A stretch of 63,391 nucleotides of DNA, the filler included, from Choristocarpus tenellus KU-1152 (lineage: Eukaryota; Protista; Phaeophyceae): the NCBI GenBank assembly GCA_964200185.2. It is 9 parts of 9 records of this genome, joined end to end, with 100 filler letters (N's around TTAATTAATTAA, not from the genome) between each part and the next. Parts side by side here need not be neighbours in the genome. Positions count along the whole stretch, not along the records: positions 36,461 to 40,231 come from CAXNAD020018013.1; positions 40,332 to 44,003 come from CAXNAD020018596.1; positions 44,104 to 47,125 come from CAXNAD020022873.1; positions 47,226 to 56,153 come from CAXNAD020004183.1; 5 more parts are not named here. One strand, given 5' to 3'. Positions within the stretch are counted from its first letter, which is position 1; each line of letters starts with the position of its first letter. The notes beneath the pieces are model-generated. The model had not been told where the DNA came from. It did no database searches and was given only the letters and a program-made list of their open reading frames with translations. This document shows, one piece after another, positions 38,107 through 52,000 of the stretch. Both the position numbers and the translations under genes were made by a program.

Positions 38107-41100
38107 GTAACTGTCCACAAGTCTTGTTCCCTTTGGTTGAAGCATAACAGTGCGTACCAGTACACCAACGGTGTTGAATAACATACCCCGAGTCTGAAAC
38201 GTCCTACATTGAGAACCCTGTCATTGGCAGCACTTTGTTTTTATTTCCCTCCTCAAGTCACTTTCTCACGATGGGCAGCAGGAAGACAGCTGTGTGCCTG
38301 AAATATTTAGAGACTAATTTTCCTGTAACCACTGCAGTGACTTCCCTACGTAAGCCAGGCCATGTACAACACCTCAAATTATTGCGAGAGATTCCCCACG
38401 GATTATTATCGCAAGTCAGGGAGGGAACATCAGGACAAGGATAATGTTGTTATAGCTCAATCTGATGCATTTGTGCAAGCCAAATAGGATCTGGCCGAAC
38501 GAGGTAGATTTGAGACCTGATTCTGTTTGTGAAATAATTTTAAGGAGACTGAGCACCAGGTCGACATACACTCTGTTTTTCAGATGGCATAATAATAAAA
38601 TATGCTGAATTGGGTGGTCAAACACACGGTACAATGGACAACGTACCGTTCCAAGGAATGTTAACTATTTTTTTTTCGTGGTCTTGGAAAAAGACTTTTT
38701 CGTACCATAAAATCCTACCTGTTAAAAAAAAACGGCTCATCCCAAAGTCATACATTTGCCACCTGCCTCTCTCCTGATGATGTGATAATGATGATGATGA
38801 TGTTGATGATGTTGACACAGTACATGGTACTTGTGGTCGTGTGTTTCAGATGATGTTGGAGCGACTGAGTGAATGAGATAAGGACCCAGCAATGACAATA
38901 ATCACAGCTCCAACGGTTCGATATAGTATATTTGATGTGGTTCATCACCTCCTGGATATTCTACATGACTCAAGTATCAACGGCAATAACCGCAAGAAGG
39001 ACAGGAAGGGCACAGGGTCAGGATTGGCCGTGGCCAGCATGCCTTAAGATGGAAACGGACACCAACAACACACACCTAGCGGCAAATGTCACCGAAGTAA
39101 CCGTGAGGATTAAGTGATGAGTGAGGAGATACAATTTTCATGTAAGGAATAAATGGTCTGAAGTAGAAGAAGAGTGACTCTGGAAGGAGGTGGTGCTGAA
39201 GATGAGAATGAGGCGTTTCCCTTGACGAGGAAAAGCTGTGAATGGCGTTGTTGCAGAACAAATACTTCGAAGTATTTAACTACTGCCCTACGTGAATGTG
39301 TTTGCATTTCCGTAATTATTTCTGGAAACATTGCAGATATTTATGATTGCAAATTGGACCATGGTTTGTGAGAGTACACACCTTTACGAGGAAAGTCTTC
39401 GATAGGGACCATGTTATAGGTTGACCTTTTCCTTCTGCGGTAATACCACCGATCAAAGGAAGTCTCTCTTCACAAGGAAATCACTCCATGTTTTGCGAAT
39501 TTTTATTACCATACACTTGGAGTGTGTATTTATAATAGATAAAACCTAGAAGAGTATTTGAAGGAACACCTCTTTTCCTATATATGAGTTAACTCTGGAG
39601 TAATAATAACTTCATGGACTCTGTGGTGTGACAAAGACAAGCACATTTAGACTGTTTTGTATCTCGAATAGAATCACCCCTTCGAAGTATGGTTTTTGAT
39701 ATTGAAGGACAAACTTTGTAGGTAGTGAGAAATGATAAATACTATGTTAACGTGTTCACGATCCTAAGGTTGCTATTTCCAATTATATCAACCTCGAAAT
39801 TCAATATTGTCTACCTTTTTTATTGTTGCTAAGAGGTCGTTTTTTGGAGACACGCCATGATTCGGTGCCATTTCATGTATAGGAGTACGGAAGACGGTCG
39901 TCACCCCAAGTGCCGTCTGCTATAATGCACACGAAAGTTAAACCTCTTCCCTTCTGAACAATCAACCTTAAGACTTTGCTTGCAGCGCAAGAAACAAAAA
40001 ACAGAAAACGGGGTGCCAGAATGAGTAGCTGACTCGGATTCATGCATTTGAACCTGACTGATGGCCAAATGTAAGGATACGACTTGCAATTGTAGCATGG
40101 TATTACAGTATTACTCTGTGTCAGGATGTACATTTTCGAGATCCTGGTCTATGAAAAGCGTGCAAAGTAATAGACCTTATGGCCCTTCACGATCATACCT
40201 CTAGGGTCAAAGTATCTGAGATCGGAAGACGNNNNNNNNNNNNNNNNNNNNNNNNNNNNNNNNNNNNNNNNNNNNTTAATTAATTAANNNNNNNNNNNNN
40301 NNNNNNNNNNNNNNNNNNNNNNNNNNNNNNNAGAGATATATTTCAACGATGGTTCGGAAATGTCAGTACCTCTGGGTAAGAGCCGTTGTCCGTGGCAATA
40401 GTGCCCACGATTATCCCTACCATACAATGACCATATAAGCAGCAAATTCTGCTTCCAATATGAAATCGAGATTTGACACACAGAAATTGAATATTGTCTT
40501 TGCAAAGTTACCTTGTTGCGCTTCATTTTATGAATATCATACAACTGGGCTCTTTTCCTCTCAGTGTTCAATATGAACATCCACCAACAGCCGGACATCA
40601 GAGTACAACACATACCAAACCAAGACCAATCTTGCAAGTCAGCAGACCTCCTGGCCAATATATTGCTTCTAAACAGCATACCTTTGCACCGCTGCTTCTA
40701 TCATTTTCAGGCCCCACAGAGCCCCTTTCGCTGGGTACCCTGCTCCTGGCTGTCCCATCAAAATCCTGTTTTGCTGTACCTTCGTCCCCAACTCTACACC
40801 CACCCTTGGCCAGACCCACTAACCCCGACCCCATTGGTAGTTTGGCCACTGTCCCCCATCTTCCTTTTATGGCGCATCCGTGCTCTCTTTGATGGTCTCT
40901 TCTTGGTTTGGAGGCCAAGGTTAGGTCCAACAGACACGGTGGGTATACTTTGTCGTTCTAGGTAGATCCAAGGAGGAGAAGCAAGGAACAAGAATTTCAC
41001 GAGGTAAGGGTAAATGGATAATTGAATGAAGATGGGAGTTTTGATTCTGTGGAGAAAGGGACCCAGGGACTCATGCCGTTCTGGACAAGACCTCCTTCAG

Positions 41101-41268
41101 GTACAAGGATGCGTCATCTGTATTCCCATTCCACTATACTACAGGACTACTCCAAGGTATCGTGCTATATACTAGTAGATGTGAAACATTATTTGAACTA
41201 GAGTATAGAACTGAAGCAGCACCAGTTGGTGTCCGTGTCATCCTTGTGCTGTGACGGGCTATACTTGT

Positions 41269-41455
41269 GGCTCCAAGTGTCTGGGGGAGTGGGTGTGGCT
41301 CTCCATTCGGGGCCCATTTTGATTCTTGGGTGAATATGCTTGCTTGTGTCGGATGGATAATGGGTCAAAGTATTGGGGGTGGGGTGGGCGTCAGCGTCCG
41401 TTTTTCACCCTTTTTGGTGTGATTTGGTTGCACGTGTCGGATTTGAAATGTCAGC
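41269..41455 (-). mobile_element. two degenerate family B fragments
   Basis: gggtcaaagtattggggg, gtgatttggttgcacgtgtcggat, gtgtcggatggataat. Confidence 0.6.
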
Positions 41456-41849
41456 ATCTATTTATAAATGACGATAAGTCTGGCGTTGTTATGGATCGGA
41501 TCTCTCCACCATAGACCGTGTCAAGAACTTAGACCAGACCAGTATGTACGATGGACTGCGAGGATCGTGTATTATTGATGATATGTATGTCTTGTTTTGA
41601 GACCAGGATTGGTCAAGTTTAGACCTCGGCAACATTTGTTCGCGGAAGAACAGCAGGCCTTCACACTCAGAAAGGGAGAGGAGGCTTCCACAGGCGCAGC
41701 AGGGATTAAAGTTTCTCAGAAAGGTTTACACAGACATTCTATCGAACAGTTGTGATAACCTGATTTTCTCCAACACAGGATTCCTTCACACACAAAAGTG
41801 ATGGAGGTGGGCCTTAAGGATACAGAAGAACGTCGTTCTGTTCTTGGGT

Positions 41850-42700
41850 TACACACTTTTTGTTTATACAGGTCGTTTGTTCGTAATGATTTCTACAGAG
41901 GATACTTTCTAACAGAATCAATTTTCAATTATATCCAGATCACCTTAAGTGCAAGATATCTTGCAAGTGATGCTCTCCTTTCCTCCGTTCAAAAACGATT
42001 TATCTCTACATTTACTTAAATGACCTCGAACGGTAACCTAAAGAACAAACCCCTGTTGAGCGCTGCTCACAGTGCTGGTTGTCTGTAGTTTTCTTGGAAA
42101 TGTGACCAAGTTTTGTTCATACAAATCTTTCGAGGTAATATATGAATAATTCTCTTGATTAGCGAGCAACCTACTTTAAACTTCTCTTCTTAATGCTGGA
42201 GCATACGACACCGTGGATGCTTCTCCCTAGTCCCACATTAAAGGGAGTTGACAGCGCATTCTCATATGATATTATCACCTCTGCAATAGTTGCCACACCC
42301 CCTGGACAAGGGGTTACTTCCCTGACATACTCCTTGTTCAACAGATCTGGCTCCATGAGAGATATTTTGTCATTTCTCCCCTGCACTATGTGCACTCTCT
42401 TAAGAACTTCTCTATCAAGACGCTTCTACACTATCAATGGGCATTGGTAAGGTTTTGGAAATATCCATCCTCCTTTCCTCAAATTCGGAAGGGATCCTTT
42501 GGTGCTGAAGTAGTGTAGGAGGTACGATAAAGTTTGTATTATGTACTTAGCAAGTAGTATCGAGACTAAATTTTCCTTCAAAGAATAATGGTGGGTTGAA
42601 GTGTTCAATCCCCAACCTTTCAACAACGCAGTAGGAGACAGTGCCCCTGCCTCTGCGGACTGTCCCCATCGACTATTGACTACGGCAGAGTAAGTACTTG
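41850..42700 (-). mobile_element. possible decayed non-LTR reverse transcriptase
   Basis: WIFPKPY...KISLME and ARYLA remnants. Confidence 0.3.
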
Positions 42701-44149
42701 CATTGTGCATTGTTCTTTCGGGGCGGAAAGTATCATACGATCTTCGATTCAGAGTTTACACTCGAGGAATCAGGGAATGATCGCTTCCATTCCGAACTAA
42801 TCCTTCTAACAGGACAGGTTAGGTCAGTGAATAGTTCGAAGAAGGGGAACAAGGAAGTTACAACCTGCACGTCTGATGCATACCAAATGTTGGTGAACTT
42901 TGCAAAGGGAAAGGACTGGCATCGCAGATGCGTCACATGTCGATATCGTCAGGAACCAGAGTATCGCAGTATGCAAATGCTCGGATGGACTGGGCAAAGA
43001 AGACCCTACAGGCAAGAGATCGCAAGAAACTCTCAAACTTCGTTTTCCTGCTCAGCTCCACCCTAAATATAGGATTATTCGGGAATTTTTTGCTGTCACT
43101 GCTTGGTCTCTCGCTCAGCCTTTCGCACTCTCTCTAGATGCCGATTGTGTAGACTTCTCTCTATCCCCCCCACCCCTCATTATCCCCGACACCCCTCAAT
43201 GTTTTATCTTGACATGAACTTGCAGAGGATCAATGACGAAGGGGCAAGCCTGAAGACAGAGATGAGCAAGGCAGAGAGCGCGGAAACGGGATCCGCGGAC
43301 AATAATGCCTCAGTCATGGAGGAGCTAATGAAGAAGATCCGTGTAGTCGAGAGACAGCATTATGACCTATCCATCATTCTGATGCACCTCGAAAATATAT
43401 CTGCTTTGCCTACAAATGGGGTAAACCCACTACGGTGCGAGTACAAAGAGTTTTGTGGGGGAGAGATGGACTCTGTTGAGGGGAGCGCAAGTGAGATTTT
43501 GGAAGTCTTTTGTCTGTGATCGATGTAAGAATGGAAAATAAGTTGATATCTGGTAGTGTAATTTGTTGTCAAAGGTTTTTGTTTTGTTTTGAGGGGATGG
43601 AAACGAGGGGCATCGACTCCAGAAGCCTGATGGGTGCCTACCACGCCAACAGATAATATCCTTGAGCAAGACTTAAATTAGGATGGAGTTACACACTAAG
43701 AGGTAATCTTCATCTCTCTTTATTCCATTCACCACTACCTTTTATTACAGTTATGGCTTAATTTTTCACCATGTCCGTGTTAATGGGCACAGTGCTGTTG
43801 CTGATAGTATATTGCTGCAGTGTACGAGCATGTGTGTGCTTAATTAGGGGTGGCAAGGCGAGTCTAATACTCCCCTCCCCCCTTGCCCTCTCCAAAGTCG
43901 CTGGATATTTTATGAAAATATGACATATCACTCTTCCTGTGTCACCCCCCCCCCCCCCCCCCCCCCTCTCCCCCCCCTCCCCCCCCCCCCCCCCCCCCCC
44001 CCCNNNNNNNNNNNNNNNNNNNNNNNNNNNNNNNNNNNNNNNNNNNNTTAATTAATTAANNNNNNNNNNNNNNNNNNNNNNNNNNNNNNNNNNNNNNNNN
44101 NNNCCTTCATTTCACGTATCACCAACCCAGCATTCCCAAGAGTTAACTC

Positions 44150-45560
44150 CAAGCCCCTCTGCTCTTTCTGTGAAGGGGTAGGGCAGGCTCATTAAGGGGA
44201 GGAGTTGGGACACATGAGAAGAAAAATAACATGTTTTGGTGGTCACACATGTTTGGCATCTCTAGAGGCAGGGGAAGGACAATACTTGTCAGAGAGCGGT
44301 AAGGAATGTCAGGAAGTACATATCTCCACCCAAACAGATCCCACATGTGCATAGGAAGCGTGATGAAAGGATGGGGCAATATGAAGAACATCGAACACTG
44401 CAGATTTGGCACAGTGAGTAGCACCTTGAATATTGGTATGGACACTTCGAGTAGCCTTGAGACATTTCAGAATCCTTAAGGCAATATGTCTCTTCCTACA
44501 AGTATTAGATGCCCCGCTCTCCAGGTACCCAATATAGCTTGTCTTCTCGTAGTCCATTTGCTATTGTATCTCCTACAATAAAACATAGTATAGTAGCATT
44601 CTCTTGATGCGTGAGGGGATATACCACACACATTCAGCAACTTCTACAGTACCTTGTGAGTAAGAACACTGAATGACTTGATCAAACTCTACGGAGGCTA
44701 AGCAATCGTAACACCCTGCTACTACTTCCGAAAGTGGCGAACGCCCTATCCTATGCTTACATAGAAATCTGCCAGTCGTTCTCCTTGGTCTTCTTGTCTT
44801 TGTGCTCCTGACTCGGTCTTTTCATGGGAGGTTGATAATACACTGGAAATGAAGCGGATTCGAGAAAGTATTATATCATTAGAAAGATGGGGGGAAATAC
44901 GAGGAGATTGCGTATATATACACTCTATTGTTCCACGGATGATGCGTTGCAGAAACCATCACTGGAAGCAGTTGTGCTGAACCTCTGCGTAGGCAAGGAG
45001 AAGGAGGGGATTGCAGTACAATGCTTGTTTTCAACCATTGACATGCATCCCTTTGGTGCACTGACCTCGTCTTGGAGTGGCTAATGCCTTGGTCGACTCT
45101 AGCATTGACTTGTATATCCTGAGCAAGATCCTCTATCCCGTCTTGAGTCGCTGTGGGTGACTAACTAGGGAAGAGGAAAGGTATGGTAGGGTTCACCTCA
45201 AAGCCTTGAAGCAAATGTCAATACTGGGTATCCCACTGAGAGATCCTTGACAATAAACTATTGCTGGAGAATCTTTAGTGAGTGGCTTACCTGCCATCCA
45301 CTGTTCACAGCATTATCATCATTACCTAAACCTTATCCCGATATCACCATTGTCTGGTTGTAATGTAGAAGTACAACGCCTGCTGCAGAACCTGCACGTC
45401 TTAGGAGGTAGATATCGTTGTTTGTAATGTTTCCCCCAAGATACCTCCATCTGAGTATAGTACATAGATACTCAGGAACAACCAGGTTTGCACTAGAGCC
45501 GTCACTAACCTGCTCTCCGCTTCTCCCGGAGTCAGTGCAAACTAGAGTTATGCAGGGTTT
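44150..45560 (-). mobile_element. decayed LINE (RTE-like) RT fragments
   Basis: IKSFSVLTHKVL*KLLNVCGISP (KAFDSV-like region) at about 44700-44610 and RYLGGNITNN..LRRAGSA at about 45450-45385. Their order implies separate fragments. Confidence 0.5.
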
Positions 45561-47225
45561 CATTAAATGGATCCTGATATATGTGCAATATCCGCCTATT
45601 TGTACAAATTTGTATGTAAAGGGATTTCCTTAAATTCTGTCGAAAAATGTAATCCTTCGAAGTACATTAGAGAACTCTACGCGCTCGAGTCAATCTTTGA
45701 ACATCCATGGAAATATGAGATATTTGCAAGATATGGAAAAGGTGTCTGTCAATACAAAAAGGGTCAAAACCTATGTGCCTTTCATTGAGTTTGGCTACCA
45801 ATCAACCCTGTCCTCTTTTTTGTGCCCTGTGTCCTCGCTCCATCATAGTCCTCACCTCGAATTCAGTGTCCACCTCCCTCACTTGATTCAGCTCAGCACG
45901 GGGGCGTGTGGCCATGGCCTGGCAGAAAGGTGTATGGCAATTTTATCAATTACTTCTCGCATGATAATGAAATTTTCGTATCATCTTTATTAGTATCATA
46001 AGTGTGCAATCACTCAAAGTTCACAAGTTGTGATACTTATGCTACAGTCTTCTTTGATAGAGATATATTGAACTCAGAGTGTCTACTGACACGGCTGACT
46101 ATTCTGGTTTCTCTGATCAGTCCTACCACATCCTTCACACCCGGTTAGCAGGATATGTCCCATCTTATTTTAGATCCTAGTCCAAAAGGTTGCCTACGGA
46201 TCACTGTTTTCTCCCTTTCCCATAAAATCTATATTTTAGTGCACCAGTGCCCATCATCCCATCGCCATCATTAAATAGCATTTCCGCAAGAGTACGTAGG
46301 AACAGAGGCCTCCCCTTCCCAAAATACACCGAAGTAGCATTATGGCGGTACAGTTTACAATCGTACTATGCAGCTGTGTCCACAACCCATCATAACGATC
46401 GTAAATGCCGGGCCTCAGTCCGTCTCAAATCACACCATGCATGCCTTACATGCACCTGATATATTCTACTTCCTTCTTCTTCCATCAAACCAGGAAAGCA
46501 AACATGACATCCAAGTGTTGCTAATTGTAACTTGAGAAGAAAGTAGCGAAGAACAAAATGCTCTACCCAGCCATCGGATACAAGAAAGTGATCTTGGCTA
46601 ATTGTTTTCTTCACTCAAATATGATATTCGATATGTTTTCTTACATAGAAATGGCAAAGTCTGCGGTACGATAATGAGTATGAAAGAGATCCGATTAAAT
46701 TATGATGTATTAAACTTACACCATTTGTGGTACATCAGTGCAATAAAGTGGGGTACCATCTCATGCCATCATATACCACCATACCAACCCGCTAACCTCC
46801 CAATAGTGTGAAATAGTTAGTGCCAATTTCCGATTCTTGGTCAAAGTTCACAGTGTGGTGACAAACCAGCTATACCATTTCTTCCCTGTATCAAAAATCT
46901 GCTTCGCAAACACCCAATAGTACTTCCACTCCCTCTTACAACGCTCCCCCTCTCTCCACTTGGCCACTATTGAAACGCTCAGGGTACAACACACCACCAT
47001 TAACTGCCAAGTCCCCAGGCCGGGCATACTAAGCTGGAGGAAACATCATCTGTCTAGCTTGTAAGGGACCTCCAGAAACTACTAACCGAAGACTTCATGA
47101 TGAGAAGCATATTATCTTCCTCTCTNNNNNNNNNNNNNNNNNNNNNNNNNNNNNNNNNNNNNNNNNNNNTTAATTAATTAANNNNNNNNNNNNNNNNNNN
47201 NNNNNNNNNNNNNNNNNNNNNNNNN

Positions 47226-47233
47226 TGCACCGG

Positions 47234-47265
<32 letters not shown>

Positions 47266-47417
47266 AACTAAACCAGGGTGTCCATTCGGACCATGACCAG
47301 GAGAAGTGAACTTACAGTATTCATCCGACACATGCAACCAAATCACCCAAAAATCACGACATGGAAAAGTGAGCCCCAAATGGATAGCCGCCACACACAA
47401 CCCAGATACTTTGAGCC
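47226..47417 (+). mobile_element. MITE family B (left end lost in the gap)
   Basis: ccagggtgtccattcggaccatgaccaggagaagtgaacttaca...cccagatactttgagcc. Confidence 0.85.
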
Positions 47418-47449
47418 AGTGCTTCCCACTTGAACATTAGATATTCGAA

Positions 47450-48160
47450 ACAGTAGATTTCGATGAAAAGTATAGCATCAAGGGAGTTTGAAACCGCGAA
47501 TGCATGCAGAGGACAGCCTCTAGAACTACTGTGGTACAGAGTATGCCAGAGTCAATATGCAAGAAACGAACTACCAGTTCTAAAGCGAAGGGGAACAGGA
47601 CCTCTTATATAACACAGGAACAGGAATTTCGGGGTGGGATACGAGACTGAAACCCTCTAGGCAATGGGAAAGGGGAAGGTCATGGGACCAGATAATCTTC
47701 CTGTTGATGGATTATAACTTAGCCTAAGGGAGGATGCAGTTATCTCCCAGAGTATCCAAGATATTATGATTGTATGGAACCATGAACCTATGCCAAAGGT
47801 CTGGAAGGACACGATCATCACAGTGCTCATAGGGTCGAACAGATTGTGGTAGCATCATGGGCATGTCATTGGTGGCACATGTAGGCTACTTATCAGGGTT
47901 GTTGGTTTGTGACTGTGAGATTACCTGGAACAAGAGAACTTTCTTCCTCAGGGACAGTGTGGCTTCCAAAACCAATGCTCCATAATGGACCCAATGTACA
48001 ATGTATGTACCATCCAAGAGCTCGATGGGGAAAGGCATGCTCCCCTACACATACGACGTATTGATCTACAGGAAGCATCTGACTCTGTTGATCGGAATTT
48101 CCTGTGGGCTGTGTTAGGATCGGATATTGAACGATATTGAGAAATGTGTTTGCCTGGGGG
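47450..48160 (+). mobile_element. decayed RTE-clade LINE reverse transcriptase
   Basis: GKVMGPDNLPVD, IVWNHEPMPKVWKDTIITVL, FLPQGQCGFQNQCSIMDPMY, HIRRIDLQEASDSVDRNFLWAVL. Confidence 0.85.
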
Positions 48161-49020
48161 GTACCATCAGCGATCAAGCTGCTAATACTGCTGAGATCAG
48201 CTGGAGGAATCAGAGGGCTTGAAGTTATTGGCGTGACCACAGTCAAGTCCCAGATGACAGGAGAACGACTACAACCTGCGGTCCCTTGGATCGGTTAAGC
48301 ATGTAATCTGGGTTAGTTACGAGCTCTTTCCACCCTGAGAAAGTCCTATCCTTGTCATCGACTGTCCAGTCTCCAGATACAATGTCAACGTTCTACTACA
48401 CATCCTAACGCCTTTACGTGGAGTTCTGTCGTCACCTTCTGCCATGGGACACAAACATTCCGTTCTCGTGCAACAAATTCTGTCCAACAAGGTAGCATCT
48501 TCCTCCGGTATTATTATATTTTCTACACATTCTGTACTCTACTGCTTGCAATGCCTGGCGTTGAGGGTAAATCAGGTTTCTTGACACGACAATGGGACCC
48601 GATGTACAGGTTGTTAAATGTACAGGTTGTTAAAGCAGCATGATCACAAGCCGCCCTCCCCAGTCAAGATACCTGGTCAAGGTGAGAAAGAGGTCAAGGG
48701 TACACTTCATGACCCTTGTCTGGAGATGAGGTTACCCTGTTGTTTGTGTTTCATGTGTGAGATTTCTAGATAAGCTACTCTAGAATATCCTCCCAAACAG
48801 TATATTCGGTTCCTCTAACTGAGAGCTGGTTCATTCTCCGATATTGGAGTCCTCTTCCTCTAAATACTCTGAAGCATTGACAACAAAGGATTGATATCCC
48901 ACATAAAAAAACTTCAACCCCTGCCATAATGCTCAGGACCTTTCACCAGACCAGGTAAATACGACGGGACCAGGCTAGGAGTCGGTTCCGGTGAGATACT
49001 CTGTAGAAAGTGTAACAGTA

Positions 49021-52000
49021 CTAGTCCACAGTCATCAGAATCTCAACTGGATCAGGCCTGTCTGTCGAGACTCTCCATACATAACATAGGTTTATTCTTG
49101 TGGTGGGCGAAACAAAGTACACATGATGGTCATGATGATGGACACACCATATGCACCACAACAACACACATTCAATATTTGTACAGGGACTTGCTTCATT
49201 CATTACCCCAACTCTAACCCTAACCCTAACCCCAACTGACCCTAGCCAAGGCAGGTCACACACCCTCCACCATCTCAACAGTTTCATGCATACAGAACTA
49301 AACGAAGTATTCGGTAATCCAACATTACACCCAGTATAGACAGCCCAGTAGCCAACCCAGTAGCTAACCGCAGATAGCAGCCACCGTATGTTGCAGCTCA
49401 TCTCTTTTCCTTTACCCACAAAAAACCCCAATAAAAGCATGACACACCTCGCTATCAGCTTCAAAACACATCTACCCCTCCATATCGCATTAATCAGAAC
49501 AAACTTCTTGTCACTCCTTGGCACTATACAGCACTTGACAGCACCTAATCAACGAGCATTTCCCGGGATTTCTGAGAGCACAGAACCCAAGCTTCTCTTG
49601 TTGCTCCTCAAGTCTGCCTGCATCTTCCCCTTTACGTTACCTCCTATCCCTGGTGCCCTGGAGATCTCTGATGCCTTTGTTGAACCACGACTTCTTCTGC
49701 CTTCCCGAGTACAGGGGGAATAACCTGGAATACAATGCACATGTGAAAAAATTCCCTTAGTGATGAAGTGCAATATGGATACAGATGAAAATTGGGACAA
49801 GGAAACCCCGCTATTGAACAAGGATATTAATTAGCACAGAGGAGCAGCAACATAATTGGTAGGGTGATTGGTTACACAAGGAATTATGGTATGCGTAAGA
49901 GGCAACAGCGAGGGGTAAGGCCAGTTTCAACTCAACAACAACAGGGCCACTACTCTCACAGCGAGGAGAGACTTGAGGTAGTTTCGAAGGAATGATTGCA
50001 GCTATGCTGTAGTACCACCAGTGTTTGACAAGCCACATCAGCGCCAGCAATGCATACCTCATATACCTCATCTTGAAACTACTCTTCAAAGTACAAATTT
50101 TAGTGATCCTACACCATCGATAACAACACCATGGAATAATTAATCAATTAGTTAATTAATTAATGAACACGATCCCCCCCCTACAAACAAAGAACACATT
50201 TTTGACTTGACAGTACCACTACCGTGTACAACTAACTTCAAATACTCTTCAATGAAAAAACAAACACCCAGGTATTTTGAAGTACCTACCTACCATGACA
50301 ACTCCCCTACCCTAATCCTAGAGTGTGCATTGTACAATGAAACAAAACAATAATAACACTAATAATCCACTTCTGAGTGACACCGCAGGCAAAACCACCC
50401 CCTCCCCCCCCTCTGCTCATTTCATTCCATCATGTACACATTCATTCATTGCACTGCAGTCCTAAACAACCAAACTAACATTTATTTCTCTTTAAAACTC
50501 AATTACGGAGCACAATACCATGCCACCCCCTCACCATCTCCACCTCCATCGCCATCCTCCTCATACAACTCCTCCTCCTCACTCCCATCACTTCCCCCAC
50601 TGCTGCTATCGCCGTCATCAAAGCCTTCCTCCTCCTCCTCCTCAGTGTCGTCTAAGTCACCCCCATCACTACTGGAATCACCCGACTCTCTATGACTCAC
50701 TGCTTCATTTGATTGAGATAGAAGGACACTAGCTCTCAACTTACTCTGCCTCACAGCACGCACAGCACGAGGTTCGGCCTTCCTACCACCAGAAAACCTT
50801 GAGCTCTTCAGTGTCAAAGTTAAGCCCATACAACCAACACAAGGGAGAGAGGGAAGCAGTGAGGAATAGTCACCGTGTAGTCAACAATATCAAGTCAAAT
50901 TATCTTAGAGGGTAGAGTCTTGTACGTTTGGGGGCCAAATCCAATGTTGCCATTTTGATGTAATTTTGGTTATCGTGTTTGTTAGGAAGTGTCATTATCC
51001 TTGTTCCCGACACCTTTTCATAACATACACATCTTACCTATTCCAAAACATTTCGGAGTAGGAGAAAGTCATGATAAAACCCATGGGAAGCCAAGCCCCG
51101 AATGGACAAACACGGCAAAACTCGTACTCTCTAAGATACTTTCACTCTCCGCAAGTAGGGTACAACCATAGAGAGGATGACACAGAGGTGCCCCATTCAA
51201 AACACTCTTGTTTCAATTTCAAAAACTTGTCCATGTACTATCATAAAGCACTAGCTATCAATTTGAATACCCCTTTGTATACGATGTGTGTGTTGTAATG
51301 TGGTAGGGATCCAAAACAAAAAGTTAATACTAACACATCCGTTAGTTAATATTATACATACATCATCATCGCTGCAATAGTCAAAAAGTTGAATACCAAT
51401 AGTACATGATATAAACTAAATTACTTCAGTTTGGTACAGTAGTGGCATCTTACCAGTGTTCCTCAACTCCAACGACAAACTTGCTTAAAAAAAAAAAAAT
51501 GATAAAAGAAAAAAAAAATTCAAAATACAAAAAAATATATACTTCGACAATGTACCTGACCCTACGCAATCAATCCCATAAACCAAGCAAGCGGGATAAA
51601 TATATGCACAAGAAATAATATATATATATATAGGCAGAGATAAAAATAATATCAATAATAATAACGACATTAATGATAAATTAATATTAACAATAGTTAA
51701 CACTAATACTGCTAGTTCTAGTACACACGTAGACACACAGGAAGAGATAGAGACACACACAGAGGGCTACACCAATTGCTTGGCATACATGGTGACCAGA
51801 AGAATACCCACACTCCTCAAGAAGTAAACATCCAAATCAATCTCATCAAAGCTACACCACTGTGTCTACCACTACAGTTACATAGGAATAGTACCACATA
51901 CATCACTCACCTTAAGAAATGCACAACACTATGAAGATCACACCTAACCCTAACCCTAAACCTAACCCAAACACCAAAACTAACCCTAACCCTAACCACC

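Noticed and set aside
38850-39120. Coding-like stretch with in-frame stops (recoding?)
   Set aside because: Mixed stop types and no homology. The reconstructed genes use standard stops, so decay is the simpler explanation.
43946-44003. Poly-C tract as a G-quadruplex element
   Set aside because: It is at a contig end; its length is probably a sequencing or assembly artefact.
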